From an uncultured Candidatus Sumerlaeota bacterium (GTDB lineage: Bacteria; CAYMEV01), in contig CAYMEV010000013.1 of NCBI GenBank assembly GCA_964389675.1, positions 1 to 64,000 on the forward strand: a DNA stretch of 64,000 bases, read 5' to 3'. The notes under the pieces are model-generated. The model was not told the origin of the DNA. It was given only the letters and a program-made list of their open reading frames with translations, and did no database searches. Below are positions 37,750-47,704 of the stretch, piece by piece. The position numbers and the translations under genes are program-made. Positions within the stretch are counted from its first letter, which is position 1; every line of letters starts with the position of its first letter.

Positions 37750-39261
37750 TTAATCAATGTATCCAAGGGACCTCAGGGCATCCAGTGAGTCTTCCCGGCA
37801 ATTATCTGACCTTTCATCTGAAATGAATTCAGCTGAAATATTATCATAAAATATTTGAAGCCTTTTTGTCCTTTTATCAATAAAACCTGAATAGAGTTTG
37901 ACCGAATCTGGATAATCCTGTGCGATATTGTTTGTTTCTGCCGGGTCCTGCTTTATATTGTAAAAGAGAGGTACATTATCCTGGAAGTCAATAATAAGCT
38001 TGTAATCGCCTTGTGTAAAGCTTCGTTTGGTACCTCCGTAAAGGACACCTTCCTGAAAAACATCAAGGCTGATGTTCTTATCTTCCAATAAGCACATAAG
38101 GCTTGTTCCCTCAAAGCATGAGGAATCCGGGTACTTAACAGATGCAATATCAAGGACAGTAGGAAGGATATCGATTGTCCGGACATTGTTTTCTATTCTG
38201 CAATGAGGCAGAACTCCGGGGTATGAAAGTATCAGAGGGATATGTGTGACCTCAGCATGCAGGCTGTGCCCGTGTTCTAAAAGACCGTGATCCATGAATT
38301 CCTCACCATGGTCAGATGCAAGTATTATCAGAGAGTCCTGCAGCCCTGCATAATTCTTTATATAGCTTATTATTTTGCCGACTATTGAATCAGCTGCCCT
38401 TATTTCACCGTCATATAATGCTGATGCTTCAGAGATGACGTCAGAGCATGGATTTGCGGGCATATACCTTTCAGGGGGGCAATAGGGCATGTGCGGCGTA
38501 AGTATATGTATCCAGGCAAAGACAGGGCGGTTTCCATTATCCTTAAGCCAGCCACCGAATTCTTCTGCAAGCAGTGTGTCAACCCTGAATGCCTCGTTAG
38601 TAAAATCCCATGACTGGGGAAAGACATCTTCTTTGTTTTTCCTCTTTTGGATCCTGTCAGCAGAAACGGGATAAAAATAGCTGGTAAAACCCTTCCCATA
38701 GCTTATGTTCTGGTTCAATGCAGGCTGGTTGACAAATGCTGCGGTCATGTAGCCGGATTCACTCAGTATCTGCGCCAGGGTTGGAACCGTATCCGGTATT
38801 CTTCTTCTGAGTTCCTCCCGTTTTTCACGAGGAGCATATATTTTGCCGCCTTCAGATGGTTTTTCAATCAGGCCTAACTGGCGCGGGTACATTGAGGTCA
38901 AAATGGACCCAATGCTGGGCCTTGTCCAGCTGGCAACGCTCATTGCCCTGCTGAAGAGAATTCCATCCTGAGCAATACTGTCGATTGCAGGGGTCTGATG
39001 AGATTGGTACCCGTAACATGATAATCTGTCAGCCCTTAGTGTATCAACGATTATAAGAAATATGTTTTTGGGCTTATTTTTATGATTAATAGAAAAGTCT
39101 AATTCATCTCTCTGTATTTTCTCTGATTTTTTTTCCGGCCCGCAGGCGATAATGAAGATGCTAATTGATAAAAAAATGCAGACAAATAATGAAAGCCTTG
39201 ATTTATTTATTTGTTTATTAAAAGAATTGTTTATTTGAAAGACTTTTGCAGAAAAAAGCAT
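37750..39261 (-). CDS. Exported sulfatase-like protein (alkaline phosphatase superfamily)
   Basis: NIFLIIVDTLRAD, SWTRPS, PHMPY, YDGEI, SDHGEEF..HG...HG, C-terminal LRSLGY. Confidence 0.88.
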   Translation of the reverse strand: MLFSAKVFQINNSFNKQINKSRLSLFVCIFLSISIFIIACGPEKKSEKIQRDELDFSINHKNKPKNIFLIIVDTLRADRLSCYGYQSHQTPAIDSIAQDGILFSRAMSVASWTRPSIGSILTSMYPRQLGLIEKPSEGGKIYAPREKREELRRRIPDTVPTLAQILSESGYMTAAFVNQPALNQNISYGKGFTSYFYPVSADRIQKRKNKEDVFPQSWDFTNEAFRVDTLLAEEFGGWLKDNGNRPVFAWIHILTPHMPYCPPERYMPANPCSDVISEASALYDGEIRAADSIVGKIISYIKNYAGLQDSLIILASDHGEEFMDHGLLEHGHSLHAEVTHIPLILSYPGVLPHCRIENNVRTIDILPTVLDIASVKYPDSSCFEGTSLMCLLEDKNISLDVFQEGVLYGGTKRSFTQGDYKLIIDFQDNVPLFYNIKQDPAETNNIAQDYPDSVKLYSGFIDKRTKRLQIFYDNISAEFISDERSDNCREDSLDALRSLGYID

Positions 39262-39268
39262 ACAGAGT

Positions 39269-40732
39269 CTAATGCTTTCCCATCCAGATATTTCTCATAA
39301 TGGAATTCTTAATCAGTGAAAAAGTGCTGTTAAAGATGCTGGCTTTTTCAGGGAGGTCTCTTATTATACGATAGGCTCTCTTCGGGTTATAATAGAATCT
39401 CTGATACATCCTCTTGATTATCGGATTAAGGTCAATTCCGGTAATCTCCTGGTAAAAGGATTTTCCAGAAAAGAAAAGATACCTGTCGTCATATTCATAA
39501 TCAGGATTTATCTCTCTTGCCATATCATAGAGGTCTGTGCCAGGGAACGGAACTACCTGAAAGGCAGCCATTGCATGAAGATCTGATTTTAATGCAAAAT
39601 CAATAGTCATATTAATTTCTTCAATGGTTTCAGTAGGGAACCCGAGCATGAAAAAGCCCTGTGTAAAGATACCCCTTTTTGAAGTATAACTTATTATTTC
39701 CATCAGCTTGTCAAGCTTTGCATATTTATGGATAAGGTCCTGGATTCTGCGTGATCCTGTCTCCACAGCATATCTGATAAAATATGTACCTGCCTGTTTA
39801 AGCAGGTCAATATCATCAAAATCCAGCTGATCCCCTCTTAATCCATTAGGAAAGCCTATTGACAGAGACATTCTATTATCGATAATAAGCTGGCAGATCT
39901 TCCTCATCCTTTCTTTTGCAAGGTTGAATGCATCATCAAGTATATGCAATTCCCTTACGCCGTGATTTTCATATAGATCTGCTATTTCACTGAAAAAATT
40001 TTCAGCTGAGCGAACCCTTAAGGTTTTTCCGAACATTTTATGGCAATATGCGCATTGGTATGGACATCCTCTGCTAGAAAACAGCGGTACCGATCTGCTT
40101 TTCTTTCTGAAATAATTGGTGGGCCTTATCCTGCTGTTATTATAGGAATCTATATCAATTATATCCCACGCAGGGTGAGGAATAGAATCAAGGTTTTTTA
40201 TAAAGGCTGCTTTTTCCTTTATGCAGGTTTTGCCGTCCTTATTATAGGCAATCCCATCTATACTTTCAGTACTGCTGTTTGAGGTTAATGCATTCAAAAG
40301 CTCTGGAAATCGCTCTTCACCCTCTCCCATAAAGATAAAATCTGCTTTTGGGTTGTCTTTCAGTGCAAGCTCAGTTGATGCTGAGGCATAAGGTCCTCCT
40401 ATTACTACAGGAATACCAGGATCGCTTTCTTTCAGGCTGGATACAATGCTGCTGACTATATGCCTTTCACTTGTAAATGCTGAAATCCCTACTATATCGC
40501 TGTTAAGCCTTTTAATTTCGGCATGGGCTTTTGCAGGAGACATTGAATCTTTCTGCATATCAATTATATTGTATCTGTATTTTCCAGGATATTTATCCCT
40601 GAGTGATGATATAAGAAAAAGAATACCTATAGGCAATTCCAGCGTATGATTCGGTTCAGGCTTATAAGTCCTTATAAGAGTAAGATTAAGGGTGCCCTTT
40701 TTGCTGAGATCTGGATATTTTGCAGTGCTCAT
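39269..40732 (-). CDS. Cobalamin-binding radical SAM enzyme (class B methyltransferase-like)
   Basis: PIG.L, VGIS, GGPYAS, GEGE, SRGCPYQCAYC, FMLGFPTET, PFPGT. Confidence 0.92.
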   Translation of the reverse strand: MSTAKYPDLSKKGTLNLTLIRTYKPEPNHTLELPIGILFLISSLRDKYPGKYRYNIIDMQKDSMSPAKAHAEIKRLNSDIVGISAFTSERHIVSSIVSSLKESDPGIPVVIGGPYASASTELALKDNPKADFIFMGEGEERFPELLNALTSNSSTESIDGIAYNKDGKTCIKEKAAFIKNLDSIPHPAWDIIDIDSYNNSRIRPTNYFRKKSRSVPLFSSRGCPYQCAYCHKMFGKTLRVRSAENFFSEIADLYENHGVRELHILDDAFNLAKERMRKICQLIIDNRMSLSIGFPNGLRGDQLDFDDIDLLKQAGTYFIRYAVETGSRRIQDLIHKYAKLDKLMEIISYTSKRGIFTQGFFMLGFPTETIEEINMTIDFALKSDLHAMAAFQVVPFPGTDLYDMAREINPDYEYDDRYLFFSGKSFYQEITGIDLNPIIKRMYQRFYYNPKRAYRIIRDLPEKASIFNSTFSLIKNSIMRNIWMGKH

Positions 40733-41439
40733 TTATATTTCTCCATTTTAAAAAAATCTATATCTTTAGGTTTCATGAATGAATCTATTTTCTTCTTCAT
40801 GATTGCCTTTTTATGAAGCTCTGGATACCTTACCAGTATGCTTTCAAAGATGCGGCCTGTATTTTCCCCCTTAAGAAGATCTTCAGGCCCTGTAAGATGA
40901 AAATTTATTGTCATTATTATTTGCTGGCCGTAGTATTTTGAAAGGTCAATGTTTATATTCCTTTCTATATATTTTGATTTTCTGCTGTAGGGAATATCAA
41001 TAATGTTCTGAAGCCTCTGCAGTTCATCAAAAATATGTACCCTGAAACTGTATGTAGGTTCTGAAGGGCCAATTTTGCGTTTTACCTGCTTGTTCTGCCT
41101 TATGAGAGTGTTGATGTATCCATCCTCCGGTACAGTGAATGATATGAAAAATGAGCTGTTGCGGTGCAGTTCAACAAATTTTCTGGTACCAACGGCAACA
41201 GTTTTATTGCCATTCAGTGCTATATTTGCCGGGAAAAGGTTTGCGGATACCGGGACAATGGTTTCTGCCTTTTTTATCCTGATCTGAGTATAATGGGATC
41301 TTACTGCTAAAATTCCCGAAATACAGATCAGGATCAGGACAGATCTTTTAAGGTCAGAGATCTTTGAAAGGTATATTGCTGATACAGCTAAAATGGCAAA
41401 CAAAGCACAATAGAGAATGCTATTCATAATAATCACCAT
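40729..41439 (-). CDS. Hypothetical protein with two N-terminal TM helices and a soluble beta-rich domain
   Basis: Overlaps both neighbours in the operon; hydrophobic N-terminus. Confidence 0.55.
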   Translation of the reverse strand: MVIIMNSILYCALFAILAVSAIYLSKISDLKRSVLILICISGILAVRSHYTQIRIKKAETIVPVSANLFPANIALNGNKTVAVGTRKFVELHRNSSFFISFTVPEDGYINTLIRQNKQVKRKIGPSEPTYSFRVHIFDELQRLQNIIDIPYSRKSKYIERNINIDLSKYYGQQIIMTINFHLTGPEDLLKGENTGRIFESILVRYPELHKKAIMKKKIDSFMKPKDIDFFKMEKYK

Positions 41440-42811
41440 AATTTGCAGATATGGCTATATATATAATAAAAAAGAGCCCTATTACTGATATATAGAAAAT
41501 ATGCTGAAACAGCGCAATGAAAATTATTGAAACAAGGCTGGCTTTTATCATCATTGAGAACAGGGATACCGATCTTTTAAAAACAGCAAGGGCAAGCAGG
41601 ATTGTGAAGGGGAGAAAGAGTAAAAGCCCTCCCTCTGCAAGTATGTTGAGGTATGTATTGTGAGCTGTTGAATGATAATATTTTACAATCATGGGGGTAT
41701 CTTCCGTAAAAAGCTGTCGGGCATTAACAGCATATTTTCCTATACCGCAGCCTTTTACTGGATTATCCAGGAATATCTTTACCGCATATCTGTACAGATA
41801 GAGCCTTGGGTTATTGCTTAGATGTGCTTTAATATCAATATTCTCATAAATATAAAAAGCAGAAGCTGAAAGGATAATCAATACTATGAAAATTAAAGCG
41901 GTTCTATAAAGATGGCCTTTTTTTCTGAGATGCCTGCAAGAAAAAGAAGCAAGCATTAATAGCGTGACAGCAAGAAATGAGATATAAGCTGCCCTGGCAA
42001 TGGTTAAAACAAGGCTTAAGATAATGCACAGGGCAGAAATAGAGAAGAATATTCTGTGAAAAAGACTCTTGCCCTTTATGATGAAGAATATGGACGGGAA
42101 AAGGATAAAAAGGAGAAACTGCCCGTACCAACCTGGATTTGCAAAGAAAGCTGAAAGCCTGGGAATATTCAGATATGAATAGTTGCTTTCATAAAATAAA
42201 GGCAGGTCAATATGAGTATAATATTTTATCAGTCCAAGCATTACAAGCAGGGACGAAATAATTATAAAGTGCCTTATAATGGTCTCAATGCGCCTGTTTT
42301 TTATAATATTGACAGTATAAAAATAAATGCAGGCAGAGGAATAGAAAAGCATCATTAGAGAAAGAGGATACAGCTCACTGTTTTCCTGTGCAAAGAGTAT
42401 CATGCCCGGGTAGCTGATTATGCCCTGAAGTGATTTGTGAAATACATGGCTGAAGGATGAAATAATGATCGAAAGAAAAGAAACCAGTGCTGTAAATATC
42501 AAAAAGAGCAGATTTGCTATATTTAAAAGTGTCTTTTTATGGCTTCTGATCAGGAAAGGAATTGAAGTAAATCCTGAAAAGAGAGAAATAATGATTAAAA
42601 GAGGAATGAAATCATTGCCGGGATTATTGCCTGTAAAAGGTATCAGAAAGAATATGCAGTATATGAGCAGGTCAGGTTTTGCCAGTGCTGTCAGGATTAT
42701 GGATATAAGTATGCAGAGCTCTGCTTCAGTGCATACAGCTCCATAGGACAGAGTAAAGAATGCTGTAAGGGTTATATGAAGAGCCAGGAAAGCTCCGGTA
42801 ATATATCTCAT
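41420..42811 (-). CDS. O-antigen ligase / O-oligosaccharyltransferase family (Wzy_C) protein
   Basis: RLSAFFANP, LT.AR.A, NP..G.G.G.Y, TAHNTYL..LAE.G; about 12 TM helices. Confidence 0.85.
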   Translation of the reverse strand: MRYITGAFLALHITLTAFFTLSYGAVCTEAELCILISIILTALAKPDLLIYCIFFLIPFTGNNPGNDFIPLLIIISLFSGFTSIPFLIRSHKKTLLNIANLLFLIFTALVSFLSIIISSFSHVFHKSLQGIISYPGMILFAQENSELYPLSLMMLFYSSACIYFYTVNIIKNRRIETIIRHFIIISSLLVMLGLIKYYTHIDLPLFYESNYSYLNIPRLSAFFANPGWYGQFLLFILFPSIFFIIKGKSLFHRIFFSISALCIILSLVLTIARAAYISFLAVTLLMLASFSCRHLRKKGHLYRTALIFIVLIILSASAFYIYENIDIKAHLSNNPRLYLYRYAVKIFLDNPVKGCGIGKYAVNARQLFTEDTPMIVKYYHSTAHNTYLNILAEGGLLLFLPFTILLALAVFKRSVSLFSMMIKASLVSIIFIALFQHIFYISVIGLFFIIYIAISANYGDYYE

Positions 42812-42884
42812 AGGAATAAGCTTATAATCATGTTTTCTTTATTGTCAAAAATAAATTGACACCAGCTCCAATACTATATATTAA
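42811..42884. promoter_or_regulatory. Back-to-back divergent promoters
   Basis: TTGACA on the minus strand (42848-42843), 18 nt, TAAGCT, 7 nt, ATG; TTGACA on the plus strand (42856-42861) followed by a TA-rich -10 region. Confidence 0.55.
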
Positions 42885-42892
42885 AAATAGGA

Positions 42893-44191
42893 ATGTACAG
42901 GAAAAGCCATGTAATAATCATATCTTTTTTTATTGCCTTCCAGATAAGCCTTCTGATCTTTACTGAAATAAAATTCTTTGAGGATGACGAATGGACCTTT
43001 TACTTTGCAGCTGAGAACTACTCAAAAGGGAGATTTTCCATAACAGGTGAAGAATACCTTGCACAGCAAGCAATAGCCAGGGTAAGGTCTGAAAAATACA
43101 ACAGCGATAATTTTACTCAATACAGGCAAAGAAAGGACGGCTTCTGGGTATCAGAAAAACCGCCCGGATACCCTCTCATACTTTCGGTGTTTCATTACCA
43201 CTCCATACCCAAATTACCCAATATCCTGCTTTTCATTGCAATGGGCTATGCCTTCTATTTTATTAAAAATGATTACCTTTCAGTCAGGGAAAGGTTCTAT
43301 ACCTCTGTTCTTGTCATGACATGCCCTCTGGTGCTGATAGCTTCATCGCGGTTTTATATGGTTGATTTCTTTTCATTTTCCCTGTCGGGCCTTGGGTTTG
43401 CCACTTTCCTGGGTGCTGTTTCATTATATAAGAACAGGCTGTATAATATTCTGCTTGGTTTTGCATCAGGTATCTTTATATCTCTTTCTTCCTTCAGCAG
43501 GATAACGGGGTATGGAAATGCCATTTTTATTGCTGTATTTATTCTTCTTTTTATAAGAAAGGCAGGCCGGAAAAGGATAATCACAATACTTATATTCTTT
43601 ATAATAGGTGTCATGGTTTTCCTTATTCCAAATGCAGTTTATAATTACAGGGTACTGGGGGGTGTGTTCCAGAACTCTTATTTCATAGGGGATATGCCCC
43701 TTAAAATCCCTAAAAACTGCTTCAGTTTCCAGTATCTGTTCAGTGGAGAGCCTCCACATCCATTCTTTTATGTTTTCAGAAATATTATCACATCTCCCCA
43801 GATAATAATGGTTGCCATGCCCGCAATTTTATTCATGTTTCCCGGTATCTGCACTTTTTTCAGGAAAAAGGATAAAAGGATAATGCTTTTTCTCTTACTC
43901 GTCTTCGGGGCTATATTTGGCCTTTATCTTCAGTTCTACAGAGTAAGCACGGTCAATTATCTATGGAATGCAAGGCCATATCTCCAGGGTTTTTTCCCGG
44001 TAGCTGTCTTTTCCGGTGTGTTTCTGTCAAGGCTAAGGAGGGATTACCGGGTCATAATACTGATCACTCTGATATTTATCGGTTATGGCCTTTTCTTTGA
44101 TTTTCTTTACAATAATAATCAGGACCCGTATTATCTGGGGATTAAAAATCTGTGGCATATAGACCAGCGAACAAGGACGAATGATAATTGA
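42893..44191 (+). CDS. GT-C fold (ArnT/PMT-like) membrane glycosyltransferase
   Basis: Acidic DDE after TM1, KPPGYP.IL, late RPY motif, about 11 TM helices. Confidence 0.65.
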   Translation: MYRKSHVIIISFFIAFQISLLIFTEIKFFEDDEWTFYFAAENYSKGRFSITGEEYLAQQAIARVRSEKYNSDNFTQYRQRKDGFWVSEKPPGYPLILSVFHYHSIPKLPNILLFIAMGYAFYFIKNDYLSVRERFYTSVLVMTCPLVLIASSRFYMVDFFSFSLSGLGFATFLGAVSLYKNRLYNILLGFASGIFISLSSFSRITGYGNAIFIAVFILLFIRKAGRKRIITILIFFIIGVMVFLIPNAVYNYRVLGGVFQNSYFIGDMPLKIPKNCFSFQYLFSGEPPHPFFYVFRNIITSPQIIMVAMPAILFMFPGICTFFRKKDKRIMLFLLLVFGAIFGLYLQFYRVSTVNYLWNARPYLQGFFPVAVFSGVFLSRLRRDYRVIILITLIFIGYGLFFDFLYNNNQDPYYLGIKNLWHIDQRTRTNDN

Positions 44192-44919
44192 GATACCTTT
44201 TCAACATAGCGTATGACGGAACAGATTTCAATGGCTGGCAATCCAATCCGAACGGCAGGACAGTCCAGGACACTGTGGAGGCTGCCTTGAAGAAGCTTAT
44301 CAAGAGGCCTGTAAGGATTACCGGGGCTTCCAGAACGGATTCCGGCGTGCATGCGATGGATCAGTATGCACATTTTGATTCAGAGAAAAGACTGCCTTTT
44401 AATATGCTTTTTGACGGAATGAACTCAGCCCTTCCATCAGATGTCAGGATAAAGGGAGTAAGGGAGGTTCCTGAGGAATTTCATTCAAGATATTCTGCAT
44501 TATTTAAGATATATGCATATATAATTACATCAATGCCGGTATATTTGCCGATATTAAACAGATATTCGCTGAATATACGGAAAAAGCTCAATCTTGAAAG
44601 GATGGAGAGGGCTATGGAATTATTCAAAGGTAAAAAGGATTTCAGTTCATTCAGGGCTTCAGGGTGCATAGCCAAATCTCCTGTTATAACGGTTGAAAAT
44701 GCTGATATGATAAGAAAAGGCGATAAAATATACCTTGTTTTCAGGGCAAAGAGCTTCCTTCAGCATATGATAAGAAATATTGTCGGCTGTCTGATATATG
44801 CCGGACTGGAAAAGATTGATAATGATCAGATAAATCATATATTTAATAAAAAGGACAGGAGGATTGCCCCGCCTACTGCAAAGCCGAACGGGCTTTTCCT
44901 CATTAGAATAGGGTATTAG
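44188..44919 (+). CDS. truA: tRNA pseudouridine(38-40) synthase
   Basis: YDGTDFNGWQ, ASRTDSGVHA, FL.HMIR.IVG, TA...GL.L. Confidence 0.97.
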   Translation: MRYLFNIAYDGTDFNGWQSNPNGRTVQDTVEAALKKLIKRPVRITGASRTDSGVHAMDQYAHFDSEKRLPFNMLFDGMNSALPSDVRIKGVREVPEEFHSRYSALFKIYAYIITSMPVYLPILNRYSLNIRKKLNLERMERAMELFKGKKDFSSFRASGCIAKSPVITVENADMIRKGDKIYLVFRAKSFLQHMIRNIVGCLIYAGLEKIDNDQINHIFNKKDRRIAPPTAKPNGLFLIRIGY

Positions 44920-44922
44920 AAT

Positions 44923-45690
44923 ATGTCAAAACCTGTTATATTGCTGACAAACGATGATGGCATACATTCACTGAGCTGGAAATTCATGATTAAATGCCTT
45001 TCGGGGTGGGCTGATGCAGTAGCAATTGTTCCTGAATACGAACAAAGCGGGAAAGCTGTTTCCATAACGCTTAATGACCCGTTGAGGGTCAGAAAGCATG
45101 AAGAAAGGCTTTTTTCAACCAACGGGACCCCGGCTGACTGTGTAAATTTAGGGATAAGCATTCTTCTTGACGGGGAAAAGCCGGATTATATCGTGTCAGG
45201 CATAAACAAGGGATTGAATGTCGCTCAGGACATTCTGTATTCAGGCACATTCGGGGCTGCGATTGAGGGTTTTACAAAAGGCATTACATCATTTGCATTG
45301 TCGCTTGATTATAAAAGAGGGGATGATTATGCTGATTATGAAAAGGCTTCAGAAATATGCAATCAGATCATACTTTTCATAACTGAAAGGATAAGGAAAC
45401 CCTATCTTTACAATATCAATCTGCCATTTGATTCAAAATACTATCGAATGGACAGAATAAGAACAACAAGGCTCGGCAACAGAGAATATGATGACATGGT
45501 AATAAAAAGAAAAGATCCCAGAAAAAGGCCCTATTACTGGTATTCCGGGGTGAAAAAACGAATTAAAAAAGATCAATTATCCGATATACACATGATAAGC
45601 AATGGTTATATATCAGTTACTCCCATAAGGGTTTTAGCAGAGGATACGGATGCAGATACAGAACTGAGAAAAATTTTTGAGGGTTCTTGA
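44923..45690 (+). CDS. surE: 5'/3'-nucleotidase SurE
   Basis: LLTNDDG, GTPADCV, VSGIN.G.N, YSGT, ISVTPI. Confidence 0.96.
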   Translation: MSKPVILLTNDDGIHSLSWKFMIKCLSGWADAVAIVPEYEQSGKAVSITLNDPLRVRKHEERLFSTNGTPADCVNLGISILLDGEKPDYIVSGINKGLNVAQDILYSGTFGAAIEGFTKGITSFALSLDYKRGDDYADYEKASEICNQIILFITERIRKPYLYNINLPFDSKYYRMDRIRTTRLGNREYDDMVIKRKDPRKRPYYWYSGVKKRIKKDQLSDIHMISNGYISVTPIRVLAEDTDADTELRKIFEGS

Positions 45691-45692
45691 TT

Positions 45693-46328
45693 ATGGATGA
45701 TTTCAACAGGAAGATCATGGCCAAGAAAATGGTCGATTCTATGGTAGACGGCTGTTCTATAATCAGCCAGCGAGTAATCGACGCATTTCTCAAGGTCCCC
45801 AGGGACAGGTTTGTCCTTAAGGGTTTTGAGAAGGAGGCATATGTTGACAAACCTCTTTATATAGGGTCCAACCAGACTACATCCAGGCCATCTATAGTAG
45901 GCTATATTATTGAACAGGCCGAAATTAAGCCGGATGACAGGGTCCTGGAGATCGGGACGGGGAGCGGATATCAGACAGCTCTGCTGGCAGAGCTTGCAGG
46001 AGAGGTATTTTCTATTGAGCAGATTCCTGAACTTGCTGAATTTGCAAAGAACAATCTAAAGATGTTTGGATACGATAATATAACAATAACAACAGGGGAT
46101 GGAAGGGATGGATGGAAAATATACTCCCCTTTCAATGCAATCATTGTATGTGCGGTAGCAGAAAACCTGGTAAAGAATTTAGTTGACCAGTTATCGCTTT
46201 CCGGTAGATTAATCATTCCTGTTGAAAATGAAGAAAGCCAGCAGATAATCAAGATCGTGAAGCACAGATATTTTACCGAGAGAACAACTCTTAAGGAATG
46301 CCATTTTGTAAAGCTGAACAGGGGGTAA
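45693..46328 (+). CDS. pcm: Protein-L-isoaspartate O-methyltransferase
   Basis: VPRDRFV, VLEIGTGSGYQTA, GDG..GW, GRLIIPV; follows surE. Confidence 0.93.
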   Translation: MDDFNRKIMAKKMVDSMVDGCSIISQRVIDAFLKVPRDRFVLKGFEKEAYVDKPLYIGSNQTTSRPSIVGYIIEQAEIKPDDRVLEIGTGSGYQTALLAELAGEVFSIEQIPELAEFAKNNLKMFGYDNITITTGDGRDGWKIYSPFNAIIVCAVAENLVKNLVDQLSLSGRLIIPVENEESQQIIKIVKHRYFTERTTLKECHFVKLNRG

Positions 46329-46337
46329 TAAAAAATC

Positions 46338-46928
46338 GTGTTTAGAATCCTTAGAAGGTTATATGATTGGGTATTGACCTGGGGGGACAGTCCTTACGGT
46401 CCTACTGCCTTATTCTGCCTTGCCATTGTTGAGGCTTTCTTTTTCCCTGTACCACCGGATGTTCTGCTTATTGCACTCTGTATTTCAATTCCGGGAAAAT
46501 CCTTCAGATTTGGATTGATCTGCACCGCAGGCAGCCTGCTTGGCGGTACAGCTGGTTATTTCATCGGCAAATACGGTTATGATCTCATTGGATCAAGGAT
46601 AATTGAATACTATGGCAGGCAGGAGCTTATGGAAAAGGTAAATATACTATATCAGAAATACGGGTTTTACGGTGTTCTCACAGCTGCACTAACCCCTCTC
46701 CCATATATGGTTTTTACCATAGCCAGCGGTTTCTTTTCATTTTCATTCCATAAGTTTTTAATAGCAAGTGTTATAGGGAGATCACTGCGGTTTATGGCAG
46801 TTGCAACCCTGATATATTTTTTTGGAGCACCTATCAAAAAGTTTATTGACAGGTATTTTAATGTCCTGTCAGTAGCATTCGTATCCCTGCTTATACTGGG
46901 CTTTTTGGCAATGAATCTTATCAAATAA
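46338..46928 (+). CDS. yqaA: YqaA/DedA (VTT domain) membrane protein
   Basis: EAFFFPVPPDVLL, TPLPY.VFTIASG, GRSLRF. Confidence 0.88.
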   Translation: MFRILRRLYDWVLTWGDSPYGPTALFCLAIVEAFFFPVPPDVLLIALCISIPGKSFRFGLICTAGSLLGGTAGYFIGKYGYDLIGSRIIEYYGRQELMEKVNILYQKYGFYGVLTAALTPLPYMVFTIASGFFSFSFHKFLIASVIGRSLRFMAVATLIYFFGAPIKKFIDRYFNVLSVAFVSLLILGFLAMNLIK

Positions 46929-46993
46929 AGAATAATCTGCGCCTGATAAGGATTTCAGGTTCCATAATATAATATGGGAAAATCATATATCTT

Positions 46994-47605
46994 ATGAAAT
47001 TAAGCTGTCTTATAAGGGATGATCTGTTTTATCTCGTGTCCAGCAGCCCCAGAAGAAGCTGGCTGATGTCATATCTCCCTGTCCCTTTTAAGGTGCTGAA
47101 GGCTGACAATGACTGCAATGAGCTGAAAGAGAAAAAAACCATCTGCCCTCACAGGCTCGCGAGGGTCAATTCATACCTGAAAGCTCAAAGGGCAGAGGCC
47201 ATAGTCCATGATGGATACATTATAGGCTGTGATACCGTTGTATTCATGGGGGGAAAGGTATACAGCAAACCTGCAGATGCTGGCGAAATTTACCATTCCT
47301 TAAGAAGCCTTTCAGGCAATACGCATTTTGTTGTTTCAGGAATCACCATTATTGATGCTGAAAATAAAAAACACTGGACAGAGTCGGAAGAAAGCCTGGT
47401 GAGATTCAGAGAGATCAGCGATAAAGAAATCAGGTCCTATATAGAGTCAGGCGAGCCATTCGGAAAAGCCGGGTCATATGCATTGCAGGGCTATGCAGTA
47501 AATTTCCTGGCCCAGTTGAAAGGAACAAGGAGCAATGTATACGGCCTTCCTTTGAAAACACTCATTTCAATGATAATAAAAATAAAATCAGAAAAAATCT
47601 GTTAA
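46994..47605 (+). CDS. maf: Maf family nucleoside triphosphate pyrophosphatase
   Basis: SSSPRR, GCDTVV, KP, LSG..H, KAGSY..QG, NVYGLP. Confidence 0.93.
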   Translation: MKLSCLIRDDLFYLVSSSPRRSWLMSYLPVPFKVLKADNDCNELKEKKTICPHRLARVNSYLKAQRAEAIVHDGYIIGCDTVVFMGGKVYSKPADAGEIYHSLRSLSGNTHFVVSGITIIDAENKKHWTESEESLVRFREISDKEIRSYIESGEPFGKAGSYALQGYAVNFLAQLKGTRSNVYGLPLKTLISMIIKIKSEKIC

Positions 47606-47704
47606 TACAGGCCATATATTATTTCTTTTCTTTTTGTCAAATTATGGTAAGAAAGATCTATGGTTTTTAGCGTATATATAAAAAAATAAAATAAGGTAAG
47701 AATT

